This document shows positions 58,173 to 60,693 of a DNA stretch of 60,693 nt, piece after piece. Source of the stretch: Pontixanthobacter sp. (GTDB taxonomy: Bacteria > Pseudomonadota > Alphaproteobacteria > Sphingomonadales > Sphingomonadaceae); assembly GCA_049682975.1 (NCBI GenBank), contig JBAUIN010000044.1, positions 1-60,693 of the forward strand, given 5' to 3'. The notes below the pieces were generated by a model. That model was not told where the DNA came from, did not search any database, and saw only the letters and a list, made by a program, of their open reading frames with translations. A program made the position numbers and the translations under genes. Position 1 is the stretch's first letter; every line of letters starts with the position of its first letter.

Positions 58173-60693
58173 ATGGCCGACGACGACAACAAACCGACAC
58201 GTACCCGTAAGCCGCTCGGCCTGAAGCGTCCTGTCGACGGGGCGGAGGTCAAGCAGACCTTCAGCCATGGCCGGACTAACAAGGTGGCGGTCGAGGTGAA
58301 GCGTCGCCGTAAGCTCGTCAAACCGGGCGAAGAGCCTGCACCGACGCCCACGCCTGCTCCGGAGCCGACCCCGGCGCCCGCGCCTGCCCCCGCGCCGGTC
58401 GCGAAAGCCCCTGCGCCCAAGCCGAAACCGGTCGCCAGCGACGAGACACCGCAAGAACGTGTCGCCCGCCTTCAGCGCGAGGCCGAAGAAGAGCGCCTGC
58501 GTCTAGCGGAAGATGCCCGCCGCCGCGACGACGAGCAGAAGAAGCAGGCAGTCGAGCAGGAAAAGCAGAACCAGGAAGACAATAAAAAGGCGGAAGCGGA
58601 AGCCGAAGCCGCGGCGCAGCAACAGGCGAAAGACGAAACGAAGGAAGCCGAGCAGGCGGCCGAAGCCGCCAATGCGGAAGCGCAGGCCGAAGCCGATGCG
58701 GCCGCCGATGCTTCTGTCGGCGCATCCGATACGGGCACCACGACGCCCGCAGCGCGCAAGTTCACGCCCGTCGCCCGTCCCGAAATCAAGCGCCCCCCGA
58801 AGAAGGACAAGGGCGCCACGAAGGACGAAGGGAAGGACAAGCGCCGTTCGGGCAAATTGACTGTGACCAAGGCGCTGAACGAAGACGAGGGCCGCCGCGC
58901 CCGCAGTCTGGCCGCGCTGAAACGTGCGCGCGAAAAGGAACGCCGCGAACAGGGTGGTGGCTCGTCCAAACCGCGCGAAAAGCAGGTGCGCGACGTGGTC
59001 GTGCCCGAAGCGATCACCGTGCAGGAACTCGCCCAGCGGATGGCCGAGAAGGGCGCCGATCTGGTGAAGGAACTGTTCAATCTGGGCATGATGGTCACCG
59101 TCAACCAGACGATCGATCAGGACACTGCGGAATTGCTGGTCGAACAGTTCGGCCACACGATTAAACGCGTGTCCGAGGCCGATGTGGACATCAAACCCGT
59201 CGAAGATGCCGATCCGGAGGAGACGTTGCGGCCCCGTCCGCCCGTCGTCACCATCATGGGCCATGTCGATCACGGTAAGACCAGCCTGCTCGATGCGCTA
59301 CGCGGAACGAATGTGACCAAAGGCGAAGCCGGCGGCATTACCCAGCACATCGGCAGCTATCAGATCACCACGAAGGGTTCGGGCAAAGACAAGGGGGCGA
59401 AAATCACCTTCCTCGACACGCCGGGCCATGCCGCCTTTACCGAAATGCGGCAGCGCGGTGCGAACGTGACCGATATCGTCGTTCTCGTCGTCGCAGCGGA
59501 TGACGGCATCATGCCGCAAACGATCGAGGCGATCAAACATACGAAAGCCGCCGGCGTGCCGATGATCGTGGCGATCAACAAGATCGACAAGCCGGAAGCC
59601 AACGCGCAGAAAATCCGCGAACGCCTGCTCGAACAGGAAGTTATCGTGGAAGCGATGTCGGGCGATGTGCAGGATGTGGAAGTGTCCGCAACGAAGGGCA
59701 CCGGCCTCGACGATTTGCTCGAAAAGATTGCGTTGCAGGCGGAATTGCTGGAACTGAAGGCACGTCCGGATCGTGCGGCGGAAGCCACCGTGATCGAGGC
59801 GCAGCTGGATAAGGGCCGTGGCCCGGTCGCAACCGTGCTGGTTACGCGCGGCACGCTGAAGCGCGGCGATACTTTCGTTGTCGGCACCGAAAGCGGTAAG
59901 GTCCGCGCGGTCGTCAACGATGCGGGCAAGCAAATCAAGGAAGCCGGACCCTCCATGCCGGTTGAGGTCCTCGGCCTTGGCGGCGTACCGGGCGCGGGTG
60001 AACAGCTCACCGTCGTCGAAAACGAACAGCGCGCGCGCGAAGTTGCGCAATATCGCCGCGAGAAAGCGACCGAAAAACGCACGGCTCTGGCACCAACCAG
60101 CTTCGATACGATGTTCACCAATCTGCAAAGCGATCTGGTCGAATTCCCCGTATTGGTGAAGGCCGACGTTCAGGGCAGTGTGGAGGCGATCAATACGGCG
60201 CTGCACAATCTCGGCAACGACCTCATCAAGGTGCGCGTGCTGCATGCGGGCGTGGGTGCGATTACCGAAAGCGACGTGACGCTGGCAGCGGCATCGAAGG
60301 CACCGATCATCGGCTTCAACGTGCGCCCCAATCCCAAAGCGCGCGAATTGGTCAAACGCGACGGCGTCGAGATGAAATATTTCGACGTGATCTACCACCT
60401 CACTGACGAAATCGGCAAGGAAATGGCCGGTGAACTCGGCCCGGAAAAGATCGAGAACGTCGTCGGCCGTGCCGAAGTCAAGGATGTGTTCAAATCCGGC
60501 AAGCGCGACAAGGCGGCCGGTTTGCTCGTCACCGAAGGCGTTATCCGCAAGGGGCTGCATGCACGCCTCACACGCGACGACGTCATCGTATCGGCCACCA
60601 CCATCGCATCGCTGCGGCGCTTCAAGGACGATGTCGACGAGGTTCGCAGCGGCCTCGAATGCGGTGTCGTGCTGGAAGACACGAACGACGTGC
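58173..60693 (+). CDS. infB: Translation initiation factor IF-2 (3' end outside window)
   Basis: Starts MADDDNKP; VKQTFSHGR, MGHVDHGKTSLLD, FLDTPGHAAF, INKID. Confidence 0.97.
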   Translation, partial: MADDDNKPTRTRKPLGLKRPVDGAEVKQTFSHGRTNKVAVEVKRRRKLVKPGEEPAPTPTPAPEPTPAPAPAPAPVAKAPAPKPKPVASDETPQERVARLQREAEEERLRLAEDARRRDDEQKKQAVEQEKQNQEDNKKAEAEAEAAAQQQAKDETKEAEQAAEAANAEAQAEADAAADASVGASDTGTTTPAARKFTPVARPEIKRPPKKDKGATKDEGKDKRRSGKLTVTKALNEDEGRRARSLAALKRAREKERREQGGGSSKPREKQVRDVVVPEAITVQELAQRMAEKGADLVKELFNLGMMVTVNQTIDQDTAELLVEQFGHTIKRVSEADVDIKPVEDADPEETLRPRPPVVTIMGHVDHGKTSLLDALRGTNVTKGEAGGITQHIGSYQITTKGSGKDKGAKITFLDTPGHAAFTEMRQRGANVTDIVVLVVAADDGIMPQTIEAIKHTKAAGVPMIVAINKIDKPEANAQKIRERLLEQEVIVEAMSGDVQDVEVSATKGTGLDDLLEKIALQAELLELKARPDRAAEATVIEAQLDKGRGPVATVLVTRGTLKRGDTFVVGTESGKVRAVVNDAGKQIKEAGPSMPVEVLGLGGVPGAGEQLTVVENEQRAREVAQYRREKATEKRTALAPTSFDTMFTNLQSDLVEFPVLVKADVQGSVEAINTALHNLGNDLIKVRVLHAGVGAITESDVTLAAASKAPIIGFNVRPNPKARELVKRDGVEMKYFDVIYHLTDEIGKEMAGELGPEKIENVVGRAEVKDVFKSGKRDKAAGLLVTEGVIRKGLHARLTRDDVIVSATTIASLRRFKDDVDEVRSGLECGVVLEDTNDV

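Noticed and set aside
58335..58430. Pro/Ala-rich repeat in infB
   Set aside because: Ordinary low-complexity IF-2 linker.

Overview
Two-part window from an alphaproteobacterium, most likely Sphingomonadales/Erythrobacteraceae (inferred from crtW-crtZ, the psp layout and the gene content). Positions ~1-42250 are the right-hand portion of a large Tn7-like transposon. It has tnsA, tnsB, tnsC and a long TniQ/TnsD gene (34227-41018), a terminal Panacea-type toxin-antitoxin pair, and a TGTCG... end with repeated TGCAAAT sites finishing at 42250, next to a tRNA 3'-end repeat. Beside the tns core lie two convergent, truncated TnsB paralogues that lack the full DDE triad, plus three small unknown genes inside the tns operon; this is the most unusual feature. 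The cargo includes a Shango SngA-like TerB-N gene cut by the window edge and a co-oriented gene run ending in an AddAB-like helicase-nuclease pair, preceded by twin palindromic operators and a divergent ArsR gene. It also carries SNase, SRAP, a membrane-anchored Mrr, LexA-boxed umuDC, a secreted protease/TonB-receptor block and a DUF2235-LysM lipase. Positions 42431-60693 are ordinary chromosome: NUDIX, a candidate sigma54/CtrA sRNA, grxD, bolA, leuDC, crtWZ, sufE, an expanded psp operon, rimP-nusA-ylxR and partial infB. All calls come from reading motifs by eye; no searches were run.
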